A stretch of 64,000 nucleotides of DNA from Octopus sinensis (Eukaryota): assembly GCF_006345805.1 (NCBI RefSeq), contig NC_043025.1:14446001-14510000 (forward strand), read 5' to 3'. The translations under genes and the position numbers were made by a program. The notes under the pieces are model-generated. The model saw only the letters and a list, made by a program, of their open reading frames with translations, had not been told where the DNA came from and made no database searches. Of the stretch, positions 14,691-26,444 are shown in pieces; the stretch's first letter is position 1, and the number at the start of each line of letters is the position of its first letter.

Positions 14691-14733
14691 CCATAACTCT
14701 AAGTTTCACGCTGAGAGACCATTCATCAGATGG
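14691..14733 (-). ncRNA. Minimal type I hammerhead motif (family C)
   Basis: Minus strand ccat-CTGATGA-atg gtctctcag cgt-GAAAC-ttaga-GTT-atgg. Canonical core, 4-bp stem I, weak stems II and III. Confidence 0.58.
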
Positions 14734-14970
14734 TTGCCATTCGAGTGTATGTGTGTATATATAGGTAATATATACATATATATTTACATGCATTATATAT
14801 GTGTACAGATGTTTGTATTAACGTGTATATATATGTAGAATATATGATATAAATATATGCATGTTTATATATCTGCATATATATATGTATTAGCATATAC
14901 ATATGTATAGAGAGAACAGTCGTCATATAAGTATAAACACACACACATATATATATATATATATACATAC

Positions 14971-15061
<91 letters not shown>

Positions 15062-15205
15062 TATATATATAAAGATATATATATATATACATACATATAT
15101 ATATGTATGTATAAACATATATATATATTGGTAGGAATGGTAAGACGACAAAAGAATGAAAGAGATCTTGATATTATGTAAATAAAGGAATTTATCTGTA
15201 AATTT

Positions 15206-15239
<34 letters not shown>

Positions 15240-15739
15240 GCTATATAAATATGTATGCCTACATGTGTTTATATATATATATATACACACACACACATAT
15301 ATATATATATACATACGCTCACACATTTGCACCTATCTCTGTATATAGATGCACATATCTTTGTATATGTCGGTACATATAGTGTGTGTGTGTGTGTATG
15401 TGTGTATGTATATATAAATACACACACACACACACGTATATGTATATATATACCCATATATACACCCAGTAACTGTCACCATCTGACACATATGGTGCCG
15501 ACTTCCTCTCCATACGATACCAAAACACTTTTGTTGCGCCAAACTTTCCTCCTAATCCGATGATTACCTGAATAAATTAACCGCACAAACGATCAACACA
15601 GAAAGAAAGAAAGAAGAAATCACAAAACAGATCATAAAATCGCTCCGGAATTAATTGTTTCCATCGACATTTTTTTCAAATATAAACACAGCTGTGTGTT
15701 TCGAAAAGGTGAAGGAAGAGAAAAATCTGTGAGACTCAC

Positions 15740-15783
15740 CTCCTTTTTGACCGCTCTTAGCAGTTTCTGCCGGGTCTCTGCTT
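15740..15783 (-). CDS. SGSM1: SGSM1/SGSM2-like coding exon 2
   Basis: Minus strand ttcgttttctcatttcag|AAGCAGAGACCCGGCAGAAACTGCTAAGAGCGGTCAAAAAGGAG|gtgagt = (E)AETRQKLLRAVKKE, near-identical to the recalled human SGSM1 N-terminus EAETRQRLLRTVKKE. The next expected exon (VKQIMEEAV...) was not found in 1-15739, so it probably lies left of the window. Paralogue identity (SGSM1 vs SGSM2) is unresolved. Confidence 0.78.
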
Positions 15784-15911
15784 CTGAAATGAGAAAACGA
15801 AGATGTTTTAATGAAACTCGGGGTCCGATTGTGCATTCGGAAAGGCAAAAACAATCGGTAAAAGCTCGTCAAATGGAGTAAAATCGCAAATATCAATGGG
15901 AGACATATTAC

Positions 15912-15924
15912 CAGCTCCTGTCAT
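15912..15924 (-). CDS. SGSM1: SGSM1/SGSM2-like (RUN + TBC Rab-GAP) coding exon 1
   Basis: Minus strand ATGACAGGAGCTG|gtaata; joining to exon 2 gives MTGAEAETRQKLLRAVKKE. 128-nt GT-AG intron. Confidence 0.65.
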
Positions 15925-16832
15925 ATTTTCATTCTTCGTGCAAAACCCGGTGCCGCATGACGACGCTCGCAGTTTATATAGCCGAGATCGACGTGCGCCC
16001 GAGAGAAAATAGTCCAATGTTGTTTTAGTGATTTTTGTCGAGAATTAATCATAAATAAACGTTATTGCTTCTTGCGTTTTATTTTTATTATAAATATTTA
16101 GTGGAGTTTCAGGATTTAAAAAATTTTTCTGGTGTTTTATTCTTCGATTAGATTAATGTATTTGTAATCCGGTCTGTATTCGTGCGAGGCACTGAGATAT
16201 GATAATCAGATAATTATGCCTTCCTTTTCTAGGTTGGATGAATACTTTTTATGGTGGAGTCACAAAAGTCGTTGAACCAAATATTTTTTACCGCAAAGTC
16301 TATTTATATTTGATAAAACTTTATTCAAATAATACATTTTTTATATATTTTAATTCCCGTTTTCATTAACAATAAACAAACGGTCGTTCCTCAATAGCAG
16401 ACGACACGCTTCGTTGTTTTAAAAGTGATTAGGGTTATGAAAGTTTTGACAATTTGCAAATCACGCAAAAAATTCATTAACCTAATTATAACTCAATAAT
16501 TAAACAATCAATTAGAGAAAAACACTAAAAAAAATTAATTTATATTTCTAAAACAAAAAAAATATAGACGAAGGTTAATATTTTTTTTTTTGCAAAAAAA
16601 CATACAAAAGTCACTAGAGTTATTATTACGCAATAATTAAATAATTAATTCGAGAAATCCCTTATAAAGTTTTAATTAATGTTTTTAAAATAAAAAGACA
16701 AAGTTTAAATGTTTTTTAATTAATTTATTCCGATGTGTGGGGGGAGAAGGATCAGAAGTGAATGAGATCTGAAGTAATTAGGGGGTGAGGGGGGGGGGAA
16801 GAGAAAGCAATCCCGCAGAGAATGAAACAATT
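15925..16832. promoter_or_regulatory. Putative bidirectional promoter and 5' UTRs between SGSM (-) and VPS33A (+)
   Basis: Divergent start codons 908 nt apart; TATATAAA on minus strand at 15973-15980; CpG-containing, repeat-free flanks. Confidence 0.6.
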
Positions 16833-16934
16833 ATGGCAGCTCATTTGACTACTGGAAAGGTAAACTTGGGTTTACTCCGCGATTCCTATCGCCGGGAATT
16901 CATCGAATGCCTAGATCGATGTCCTGGGACGAAG
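16833..16934 (+). CDS. VPS33A: VPS33A (Sec1/Munc18-family HOPS/CORVET subunit), coding exon 1 of 16
   Basis: Translates MAAHLTTGKVNLGLLRDSYRREFIECLDRCPGTK, matching the recalled VPS33A N-terminus (MAAHLSYGRVNLNVLRE...); donor AAG|gtaagt; phase 0. Confidence 0.95.
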
Positions 16935-17349
16935 GTAAGTCATTAATCTTTAAAATCCACCGCCGGAACAAGGTAACACGGCATTTATAAGGGTATAAAG
17001 CGGCCACAGGGTTTCAAAGCGGTCGTCGCATCGAAGCGATACAAGGAGGGGTGTGTAACGCTTTTGTCTTGTTATTGTGAAAATTATATCAGATTCTGTG
17101 TTTTTGATATAATTAACACATGCGACCTGATCTAAAGATCTGAAACTGTGCACGATCGCTTGTTGACCTGTTGAAAATAGCAGCCAAATCCCTCGTCTTG
17201 AAATAATATTCTCTGCTATAGGCACAAGGCCTGAAATTTTGGGAAAGATGGATATAAGTCGATCGCGTCGACCCCCAGTACTTGACTGGTACTTAATTTA
17301 TCGACCCTGAAGGGATTAAAGGGCAAAGTCGACCTCGGAGGAATTTCAG

Positions 17350-17389
<40 letters not shown>

Positions 17390-17619
17390 AATAATAATGA
17401 TAAAGAAAACAAACAATTGTAGTCACGAGTTTGTGTTTGCAAATAGATCCGTTTACCAAATAATTCTAGGAATTGAGCAGAAGGAATTCGCTGTTACCAA
17501 GAAGTAAATAGGATGCGGATATTAGGAGTTCAGGTCATCTTTTGTTTCGTTTATTAGACTGAACAATAGATATTTTATTCGTTATTTAGACTGAGCTATA
17601 TATATATTATATATATATA

Positions 17620-17657
<38 letters not shown>

Positions 17658-18260
17658 CTCTTTTGCTTCTTTTACTTGTTTCGGTCATTTGGCTGGCTGT
17701 GGCCATGCTGGAGCACCGCCTTTAGTCGAAGAAATCGACCCCAGGACTTATTCTGTCGGTCTCTTTTGCCGAACCGCTAAGTGACGGGGACGTAAACACA
17801 CCAGCATCGGTTGTCAAGCTATGTTGTGGAACAAACACAGACACACACACATACACACATATACGATGGGCTTCTTTCAGTTTCCGTCTACCAAATCCAC
17901 TCACAAGGCTTTGATCACTCTGAGGCTATGGTAGAAGACACTTGCTCAAGATGCCACGCAGTGGGACTGAACCCGGAACCATGTGGTTGGGACGCAAGCA
18001 TCTTCCCACACAACCATGCCTGCACCTCTCATTTCATTTAAACAACCATTACTCGTTTTTTATCAATATAATTAACTAAAATTTAGTATGTTGATTACAT
18101 TACATCACCCCCCCCCCCTAAACCCTAACAACCACTTCAACATGCTCAGTGCCCCCTTAGGGGCAGTGCTGCCCACAATGAGAACCTCTGATGCAGACCT
18201 CCTTTTTTTGTTCATATTCCATATTTTGTTTCCCTAATTTGTTTTCTCATATTTTTACAG

Positions 18261-18326
18261 GATTTAATATGGGATGAAGGCCTTACTGGCCCTTTTGGGC
18301 TTATAGCGCAGTACACCTTACTGAAG
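18261..18326 (+). CDS. VPS33A: VPS33A exon 2
   Basis: ttttacag|DLIWDEGLTGPFGLIAQYTLLK|gtcaga; 66 nt. Confidence 0.95.
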
Positions 18327-19845
18327 GTCAGATCATTTTCTGTTTTTCAATTTTTTATTCTATTTTACTCATTTATTTGTTTTGGGCTTTTGAATGCGGC
18401 CATGCTGGAGCACAGCCTTAAATTGTTTTTTAGTCGAAGAAATCGACCCCAGGACTTATTCTTTGTAAGCCTTGTACAGAGATTGATACCTTGCAGTACA
18501 AGTTTGGTTCGTTCCATGACCGAGATCGTCCGGATACTTTTTGATCACATCTTGTACACTTTACCCTTTCATACAACCCCGAAATAAATGCACTGATAGA
18601 CAGACAGACAGATAAATAAATAATAATAATGAAATTATTGTATGCAGAGCTCAGGTGCATCACAACTTGTCAGAGTATATGCAGTAATGTAGAAATGTCT
18701 GGAAAGCAAACAATGCATGAGTCAGATACATGCTTGTGTGTGTATGGAGGGGAGAAAATCAGGTGTAGAGTTGGCGAATCTCAGAAAGCATGGAGATAGA
18801 GAAAAAGAGAGATAGACAGATAAATAAATAGACGGACAGATAGAGGGATAAGTATTCAGAATGGTAGATACATAGATAGACAGACAGACACATAGATTGA
18901 GAGAGAGATAATCTCATAGACAGATATATATATAGAGAGATAGGCAGATAGTCACATAAACAGCCATGTGCTTTCACACACACACATATATATATTTCAT
19001 CCTCATCATCATCGTTTAATGTCCACATTCCATGCTGGTATGGGTTAGACGGTTTGACTGAGGACTGGCAAGCCAGGAGGTTGCACCAGGCTCCAATCTG
19101 ATCTGGCAAGGTTTCTACAGCTGGATGCCCTTCCTAATGCCAACCACTCCGAGAGTGTAGTGGGTGCTTTTTACATGCCACTGGCATGGGGGCCAGTCAT
19201 GCAGCACTGGCATCGACCACGCTTGAATGGTGCTTTTTACATGCCACTGGCACGGGAGCCAGTTGGGTGGCACTGGTAAGACCACACTCGAATGGTGCAT
19301 TTTTTTTATATATAGATAGATAGACAGACAGATAGACACATGGGTAGATAGACAAACAGACAGATAGAGAGAGAGAGAGAGATAGACTGATAGTCATATG
19401 AAAAGAGTGAGAGTCGGGTAGGTTAGACAGACAGGTGTATAGATAGATATGTTTCTTTATTAGCCACACAGGGCTGCACACAGACAGGACAAAATTACAT
19501 GGTAGAGCTTTTCTTTTGGGGGTAAAAGCAGGGGGTTTGGTTTTCGATCAAAAGGGATCGTAAATGGAAAGAAAGAGGACAAAATAAGGGGGGGGTATAA
19601 TAAAAAAAAAAAGTTGGGGGAAGAAAAAAAATTTGATCAATAGGGATCGTTATCACAGAAAGATAGATCGATCAATTGATAGACAGACAGACAGACAAAC
19701 AGATAGACAGACAGAGAGATAAATAGATAGACAGGTGGACAGTTAGAGAGATAATCAAACAGGTATCAATTATTTCCTGCACTATACTCTATTTTCACAA
19801 TTTTAATATCTTTTCATAGAATTAATTATTCTTTTCTCCAATCAG

Positions 19846-19973
19846 GACCACGATGTCGTTAAGATGAATCTTCTTCGATTGATGATGCTGCCACCAACAA
19901 GCTCCCAGGCTGTGGTTTTCATTGTACGACCCAAGTTGGAATTAATGGAACAAGTCGCTCAGACACTCATTCA
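19846..19973 (+). CDS. VPS33A: VPS33A exon 3
   Basis: atcag|DHDVVKMNLLRLMMLPPTSSQAVVFIVRPKLELMEQVAQTLI+CA|gtgagg; 128 nt. Confidence 0.92.
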
Positions 19974-20301
19974 GTGAGGGGCCCTTTTTTTTTTCCTTCT
20001 TCTTCTTCTTCTTCTTCTTCTTAGAAAATAAATCTTTGACCTTTTAGCATTCAGGTCACTCTGTCATTTTAGTTTTGAATTTATCATGCATTGTCTTGTA
20101 ATTTTGAGATTGCATTGGTGTCATTACCATCATCATCATCGTCATCATCATACATCCACTTTCCATGCTGGCATGGGTTGGACAGTTTGACTGGAAACTG
20201 GTAAGTCAGGGAGTTGCACCAGGTTCCACTCAGATTTGGCTTGGTTTCTGCAGCTGGATGCCCTTCCTAACGCCAACCACTTTACAGGATGTACTGTCTG
20301 T

Positions 20302-20335
<34 letters not shown>

Positions 20336-20579
20336 GAGGTGCGTGGCATAGTGGTTAGGGTGTCAGCATCATGATCGTAAGATTGTGGTTTCGATTCCTG
20401 GACCGGGTGACGTGTTGTGTTCTTGAGCAAAACACTTCATTTCACGTTGCTCCAGTCCACTCAGCTGGCAAAAATGAGTAACGCTGCGATGGACTGGCAT
20501 CCCATCCAGCTGGGGAACACATACGCCATTGAAACCGGGAAACCGGGCCCATGAGCCTGGCTAGGCTTTAAAAGGGCGC

Positions 20580-20590
<11 letters not shown>
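20336..20590 (+). mobile_element. SINE family 3 (tRNA head, V-domain-like core)
   Basis: ggaggtgcgtggcatagtggttaggg...gctgcgatggactggcatcccatccag...aaaccgggcccatgagcc; other copies at 3987-4490 (interrupted by family 2) and 4527-4730. Confidence 0.75.
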
Positions 20591-20611
<21 letters not shown>

Positions 20612-21103
20612 CATCATCATCACCATTTAACGTCTGCTTTCCATGCTGGCATGGGTTAGATGGTTTGACTAGAACAATTGAACTGGAGAGCTGTACCAGG
20701 TTCCAGTCTGATTGGCATGGTTTTTTATCACTGGATGCCCTTCCTAACACCACTCACTCCGTGCCACTATCAGTGTCTTTTGCCCAACTGCTAAGTTACA
20801 GGAACATTAACACCTTGACACCAGTTGCCAAGTGGTAGAAGGAAACAACACAGACACAAACACATACGATGAGCTTCTTTTAGTTTCTGTCTACTAAATC
20901 CACTCAAGGCTTTGATCAGCCCAAATCTATAATATAAGACACTTGCTCAAGGTGCCACGTAGTGGGACTGAACCCGCAACCATATGGTTGGGAAGCACAC
21001 TTCTTACCACATAGCCATACCTGTACCTGAAATTCAGATGTTCCATGCCCCCCCCCCCTGCTATATAATTTACTTATTTTTGTCTTTCCAAATTTTTTCC
21101 CAG

Positions 21104-21188
21104 GGAGGATCAGAAAGGAGGATTCCACAAGGAGTTTAACCTGATTTTCGTGCCCCGGAAAAGTTTGCTGTGTGAGAAGAAACTAAAG
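21104..21188 (+). CDS. VPS33A: VPS33A exon 4
   Basis: ttttcccag|G+EDQKGGFHKEFNLIFVPRKSLLCEKKLK|gtaaga; 85 nt. Confidence 0.93.
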
Positions 21189-21317
21189 GTAAGAATGGTT
21201 GTGAATCGTCTCAGAATTGGGCCCCTGTGTCTAACTGTACCCTCCACCTGGGCCCCCGAGCCAAAAAATAAATAAATAGACAACTCAAGAGTAATTATTA
21301 CAAGCAGCTAATGGACA

Positions 21318-21665
21318 TCATCGTTTAATGTTCGCTTTCCATGGACGATTTGACCGGGGTCTGGCGAACAGATGGCTGCACCAGGCTCCAATCTGATCTG
21401 TCAGAGTTTCTACAGCTTGATGTCCTTCCTAACGCCAACCACTCCGAGAGTTTAGTGGGTGCTTTTACGTGCCACCGGCATGAGGGCCAGTCAGGCGGTA
21501 CTGGCAACGGCCACACTCAAAATGGTGCTTTTTTATGTGCCACCTGCACAGGAGCCAGTCCAGCGGCACTGGCAACGACCTCACTCGAATGTTTTTTCAC
21601 GTGCCACCAGCACAAGTGCCAGTAAGGTGACACAGGTAACGATCACTCTCGAATGGTGTCTTTAA
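21318..21665 (+). mobile_element. SINE family 4 (cat-repeat start, ggatgcccttcctaacgccaacc core)
   Basis: Recurrent in both orientations near 2236, 8695, 9300, 9665, 19005, 24425, 24885, 28760, 30085, 48790, 55470; internal tandem subunits (ttttacgtgccaccggca). Confidence 0.75.
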
Positions 21666-21760
21666 CGTGTAGTATCTCATCAATTTCACCATTACCATCA
21701 CCACCACCACCATCAATATAACTGTTTCCATAATTCTGTGATTCTATTATTTTTCTCCAG

Positions 21761-21865
21761 AAAATGGGAGTCTTCGAAACCTTCTCCAATATCGAAGAAT
21801 TCAACTTGGAACTAATCCCATTCGATTATGATTTACTTTCCATGGAAATGGATTCAGCTTTCAGG
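21761..21865 (+). CDS. VPS33A: VPS33A exon 5
   Basis: ttttctccag|KMGVFETFSNIEEFNLELIPFDYDLLSMEMDSAFR|gtcagt; 105 nt. Confidence 0.94.
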
Positions 21866-22270
21866 GTCAGTACTGCAGTTGTTCTTGTTGTTGTCATTGT
21901 TAATTGTTACGCTCTCTTCGGATATTGAGTCCTTTTAATTTATTTTCCTTGGAACATTAATAATACTGCTTTATATGAAGAACTATATTTCTATTCATCT
22001 GTGTGCCTTTTTACATATTTATCTGTCTCTCTATTATATACTCTTTACTCTCTTTTACTCTTTTACTTGTTTCAGTCATTTGACTGCGGCCATGCTGGAG
22101 CACCACCTTTAGTCGAGCAACTCGACCCCGGGACTTATTCTTTTATAAGCCCAGTACTTACTCTATCGGTCTCTTTTGCCGAACCGCTAAGTGACGGGGA
22201 CATAAACAAACCAGCATCGGTTGTCAAGCAATGCTAGGGGGACAAACACAGACACACAAACACACACGCA

Positions 22271-22317
<47 letters not shown>

Positions 22318-22655
22318 CGATGGGCTTCTTTCAGTTTCCGCCTACCAAATCCACTCACAAGGCATTGGTCGGCCCGAGGCTATAGTAGCAGACACTTGCC
22401 CAAGGTGCCACGCAGTGGGACTGAACCCGGAACCATGTGGTTGGTAAGCAAGCTACTTACCACACAGCCACTCCTATATTTAGCTATCTGACTTTTTAGT
22501 TAGCTGTCTATCACCTTGTTGATCTATGTATTTATATACATAATAATAATGATAATAATAATAATAACCACAATGTAGTAGTATTAGTAGTTAATAATTA
22601 TAATAATACCGATACCAGTTGTGTTTCTACCATTTTCTCTGCTGTTCTTTTTCAG

Positions 22656-22772
22656 GAATGCTATTTAGAAAATGACTACACTTCTTTGTTCTACGCGGCT
22701 CGCTCCCTGATGACTCTTCAGGGTCTTTATGGCATCATACCAAATATCTACGGCAAAGGGGATTGTGCAAAG
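22656..22772 (+). CDS. VPS33A: VPS33A exon 6
   Basis: ttttcag|[39 protein letters not shown]|gtaaca; 117 nt. Confidence 0.95.
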
Positions 22773-22784
22773 GTAACACATCTC

Positions 22785-23400
22785 TCTCTCTCTCTCTAGC
22801 CATCTACCTATCTATCTATCTCTCTATCTCTATCTATCTATCTATCTATCCATCCATCCATCCATCCATCTATCTCTATTTATCTATCTATCTATCTATC
22901 TATCTGTCTGTCTATCCATCTATCTATCCATCTATCTATCTATCTGTCTGTCTATCCATCTATCTATCCATCTATCTATCTATCTGTCTGTCTATCCATC
23001 TATCTATCCATCTATCTATCCATCTATCCATCTATCTATCTATCTATCTGTCTGTCTATCCATCTATCTATCCATCTATCCATCTATCTATCTATCTATC
23101 TATCTATCCATCTATCTATCTATCTGTCTGTCTATCCATCTATCTATCCATCTATCTATCTATCTGTCTGTCTATCCATCTATCTATCCATCTATCCATC
23201 TATCTATCTATCTATCTATCTATCCATCTATCTATCATCTATCTATCCATCTATCTATCTATCTATCTATCCATCTATCTATCTATCTGTCTGTCTATCT
23301 ATCTACCTATCTATCTATTTATCTATATCTATATATCTATATATATATATATATATACATATATCTGTCCTCTGTCTGTCTGTCTAGCTATCTATCTGTT
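22785..23400. repeat. (TCTA/TCCA)n tetranucleotide microsatellite in VPS33A intron 6
   Basis: Direct reading; similar tract at 40960-41470. Confidence 0.95.
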
Positions 23401-23719
23401 TGTCTATCGATCAGGAGAATAACAATAACAGGCCTGTCTCTCAACTACCATGTTTGTTAGGTAAACTAATGGACAAACCACTAAAAAATTCAGGAGAATA
23501 CAATAACAGGCCTATCTCTTAACTACTGTAGTCGTTCACCCAAATTGTTATGTTTTTTCCATCACTTTCACAACCACCATTCTCGTGAGAGAATCTTTTT
23601 ACATGGCCCCACCAGCACAATTGCTTTGTACATGAAAAAAAAAAACCTCAAAACTCTGAAATCATCTCAGATTATTACAACTGTATTTAACAAAGGACTT
23701 TTGTGTCTTTTCATTGCAG

Positions 23720-23894
23720 CAAGTCGTCGACATGATGTTACGTATGAGGCGAGAACAGGGGGGTCGTGAACCCCAACTCACCCCCCAGATTGATAATTTA
23801 CTCATCATTGATCGCAATGTGGATCTGCTCACCCCAATGCTCTCACAGCTCACCTACGAGGGACTCATTGACGAGATTTTCGGCATTAATTGCA
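23720..23894 (+). CDS. VPS33A: VPS33A exon 7
   Basis: cattgcag|[58 protein letters not shown]+A|gtaatt; contains the Sec1-family DRxxDxxTP...TYEGL motif; 175 nt. Confidence 0.96.
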
Positions 23895-24140
23895 GTAATT
23901 AAATCTCTTTGATTTTATTCATTTTTCTTTGTGTTTGTGTTTTATTGTCTTTTAGCTTTTAATCATTTCAGTAATCGAACTGTGGCCATGCTGGAGCAAC
24001 ATCTTGAAGGGTTTTAGCCGAACAAATTGACCCCAGGACTTATTTTTTAAGCTTGGAACATAAACACACCAACATCGGTTGTTAATTGGTGACAGGGGGA
24101 CTAACGCAGACACAAAGACACACACACACACCCAGATATT

Positions 24141-24171
<31 letters not shown>

Positions 24172-24267
24172 TATAATTTTAATCCAAAAGGGAAACAAAA
24201 AACAACAACCAACAGGAACAATTACAGTATTATTATTAATAGGCGCTCAGGAGATGGAAGCAGGGAG

Positions 24268-24302
24268 GTATGACGTTTCGAGCGGAGCTCTTCGTCGGAA
24301 AC
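24268..24302 (-). ncRNA. Minimal hammerhead-like motif with variant core (family D)
   Basis: Minus strand gttt-CCGACGA-a gagc tcc gctc-GAAAC-GTC-atac. U4C core, loopless ACGT stem III, one mismatch in stem I. Confidence 0.48.
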
Positions 24303-24379
24303 ATAAAAGGGAATAGAGAGGAAAGAAAGATCCCAGAGCGGGCAACAGGAAAGAGAAAAGACGACTGGTATTTACGAGT

Positions 24380-24430
<51 letters not shown>

Positions 24431-25554
24431 CATCATCATCATTTAACACCCGTTTTCCATGCTGACATGAGTTGGACAGTTTGAGTGAGGTCTTGGAGAG
24501 CCAGCAGCTGCACCAGGCTCCAATTTGATCTGGGAGTGTTTCTACAGTTGGATGCCCTTCCTAACGCCAACCACTCCGAGAGTGTAGTGGGTGCTTTTTA
24601 CGTGCCACCAGCACTGGAGCCAGTGATGGGACACTGGCATCGATCACGTTCAGATAGTGCTTTTTACATACTGATGGGCTTCTTTCAGTTTCCGTCTACC
24701 AAATTCGCTCGCAAGGCTTTGGTCAGCCCAAGGGTATAGCAGAAGACACTTAGGTAAGTGTCGTACAGTGGGACTGAACTTGGAACCATGTGGTTGGGAA
24801 GCAAAGTCCTTACCACACAGCCTTTTTACTTTTTTCAGTGATTGGACTGTGGCCATGCTGGGGCACCACCTCAAACGGTTTTAGTTGGCATTAGGAAGGG
24901 CATCCAGCTGTAGAAACTCTGCCAGATCAGACTGGAGCCTGGTGCAGCCTCCTGGCTTCTCAGACCCCAGTCGAACCATCCAACCCATGCCAGCATGGAA
25001 AACGGACATTAAACAATGATGATGATGATGGTTGTTATTATAGATGTCGCACAGTATCCAATATTGTGACATTGTTGATTAAAGACATTGTATCTACCAG
25101 GAGTTTGTACTTTTTGTCAAGTCACAACAAGGACCTCAGACAGCCTGTACTTTACGCAATATGTGTGCAGTTCCAAGTAACACTGACTTTTGCAATACAT
25201 CTAGATTGTAGGATATCTCCAAGGTTTACAGATGTTTCTTTTTTCAGTTTGGTTGATATTGAACCCTCCACTCCAAATGACAAAAGGGACAACCTTTATG
25301 TTCCACTCTCAAAGCTGCCACATCTTAGTCATCTCAATTCTTAGATCTCCATATTTATCAACTTTTTCCTCTTTCCTTTCATGATGAAATGTTGATCTCC
25401 TGGCCCTGCCATATCAGTTATTATTGTTTCTCCCTCCTAAAGGTTTCTATATCCAGCCTTCGGTGCTCTAACACTTTGTCTGGAAATCAAAGCCTGAGAT
25501 GACTTTATCATCATCATCATCATTATTATTATTAATATGATTATTATTAATATG

Positions 25555-25587
<33 letters not shown>

Positions 25588-25599
25588 GTTATCTTTTTT

Positions 25600-26110
25600 T
25601 TTTCTTCTTCTTTCAAATTTGCTTCCATTTCTTGCCGGGTGTCTTCCCGACTCCTAGGGCAAAGAAACTCATAGTATACATTGGTAGGCCATTAAACTAA
25701 ACTCACTAGTTCGTTCATTTTTAAAATTGTTTTTAAAGTTAAATTAGAATATATGGGTAGTAATAGTTCTCACATCGACAATGCTCTTCTCAATACGTGT
25801 GATGTACCAGTTAAGACAATCTTTTGCACTTCTTGCAGGGATGGTAAGCCAGGGATCATTCTCATATAATTTTCGGTTCCCTTCTTGATCATTCCTAGTG
25901 CTCCTACGATCACTGGTATTGTAACCGCCTTGAGATGCCACATTTTCTCAATTTCAATGAGCAGGTCTTTATATTTTCTGAGCTTGTCAAACTCTTTCGC
26001 CGAGATATTATGATCACAGGGGATACTCATGTCGATCAATAAGCAAACTTTATTGTTTTTGTCTTTCGCAACAATATCTGGTTTATTGGCTTTGATGGTT
26101 CGGTCTGTAT
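25600..26110 (-). mobile_element. 3' fragment of an RLE-type (R4/Dong/NeSL-like) non-LTR retrotransposon
   Basis: ORF 25770-26039 IDMSIPCDHNISAKEFDKLRKYKDLLIEIEKMW...IPVIVGALG, a restriction-like endonuclease domain; next to (ATT)n tracts. Confidence 0.75.
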
Positions 26111-26247
26111 GTACTGGAAAGTACCACAGAATCGTTACACTTTCTCCTTCAGTTACAGCTTCAGGGTGGTGATTATACCACTTATTATTATTATTATTAT
26201 TATTGTTATTATTGTTATTATTATTATTGTTATTATTATTATTTCAG

Positions 26248-26444
26248 CAAATGTAAAACTTCCTGCTGAGAAGTTCATGACGAAAGAACAGCTGAAAGAC
26301 CACACCAGTGACGTACCCCTGGAACCAAAGAAAATAGTTCTCGACTCCTCAGACGAACACTTTGCCGATCTTCGAGACAAGAACATCGACGCCATCAACT
26401 CTCTCGTCTGCAAGAAATTAAAACTTCTCTCTGCTCAATTTGAC
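26248..26444 (+). CDS. VPS33A: VPS33A exon 8
   Basis: atttcag|CA+NVKLPAEKFMTKEQ...FADLRDKNIDAINSLVCKKLKLLSAQFD|gtaagt; 197 nt. Confidence 0.94.

Noticed and set aside
1-15739. Search for SGSM exon 3 (VKQIMEEAV...)
   Set aside because: No matching minus-strand sequence found by eye, so none is annotated; presumed to lie outside the window.
15808-16017. ORFs 15808-16017 and 15651-15896 on the minus strand
   Set aside because: They run through SGSM intron 1 and UTR; the spliced 13+44-nt model gives recognisable homology and these do not.
23411-23527. Two ~37-bp direct repeats (tcaggagaata.caataacaggcct.tctct.aactac)
   Set aside because: Only two imperfect units in an intron; a small local duplication, not an array.
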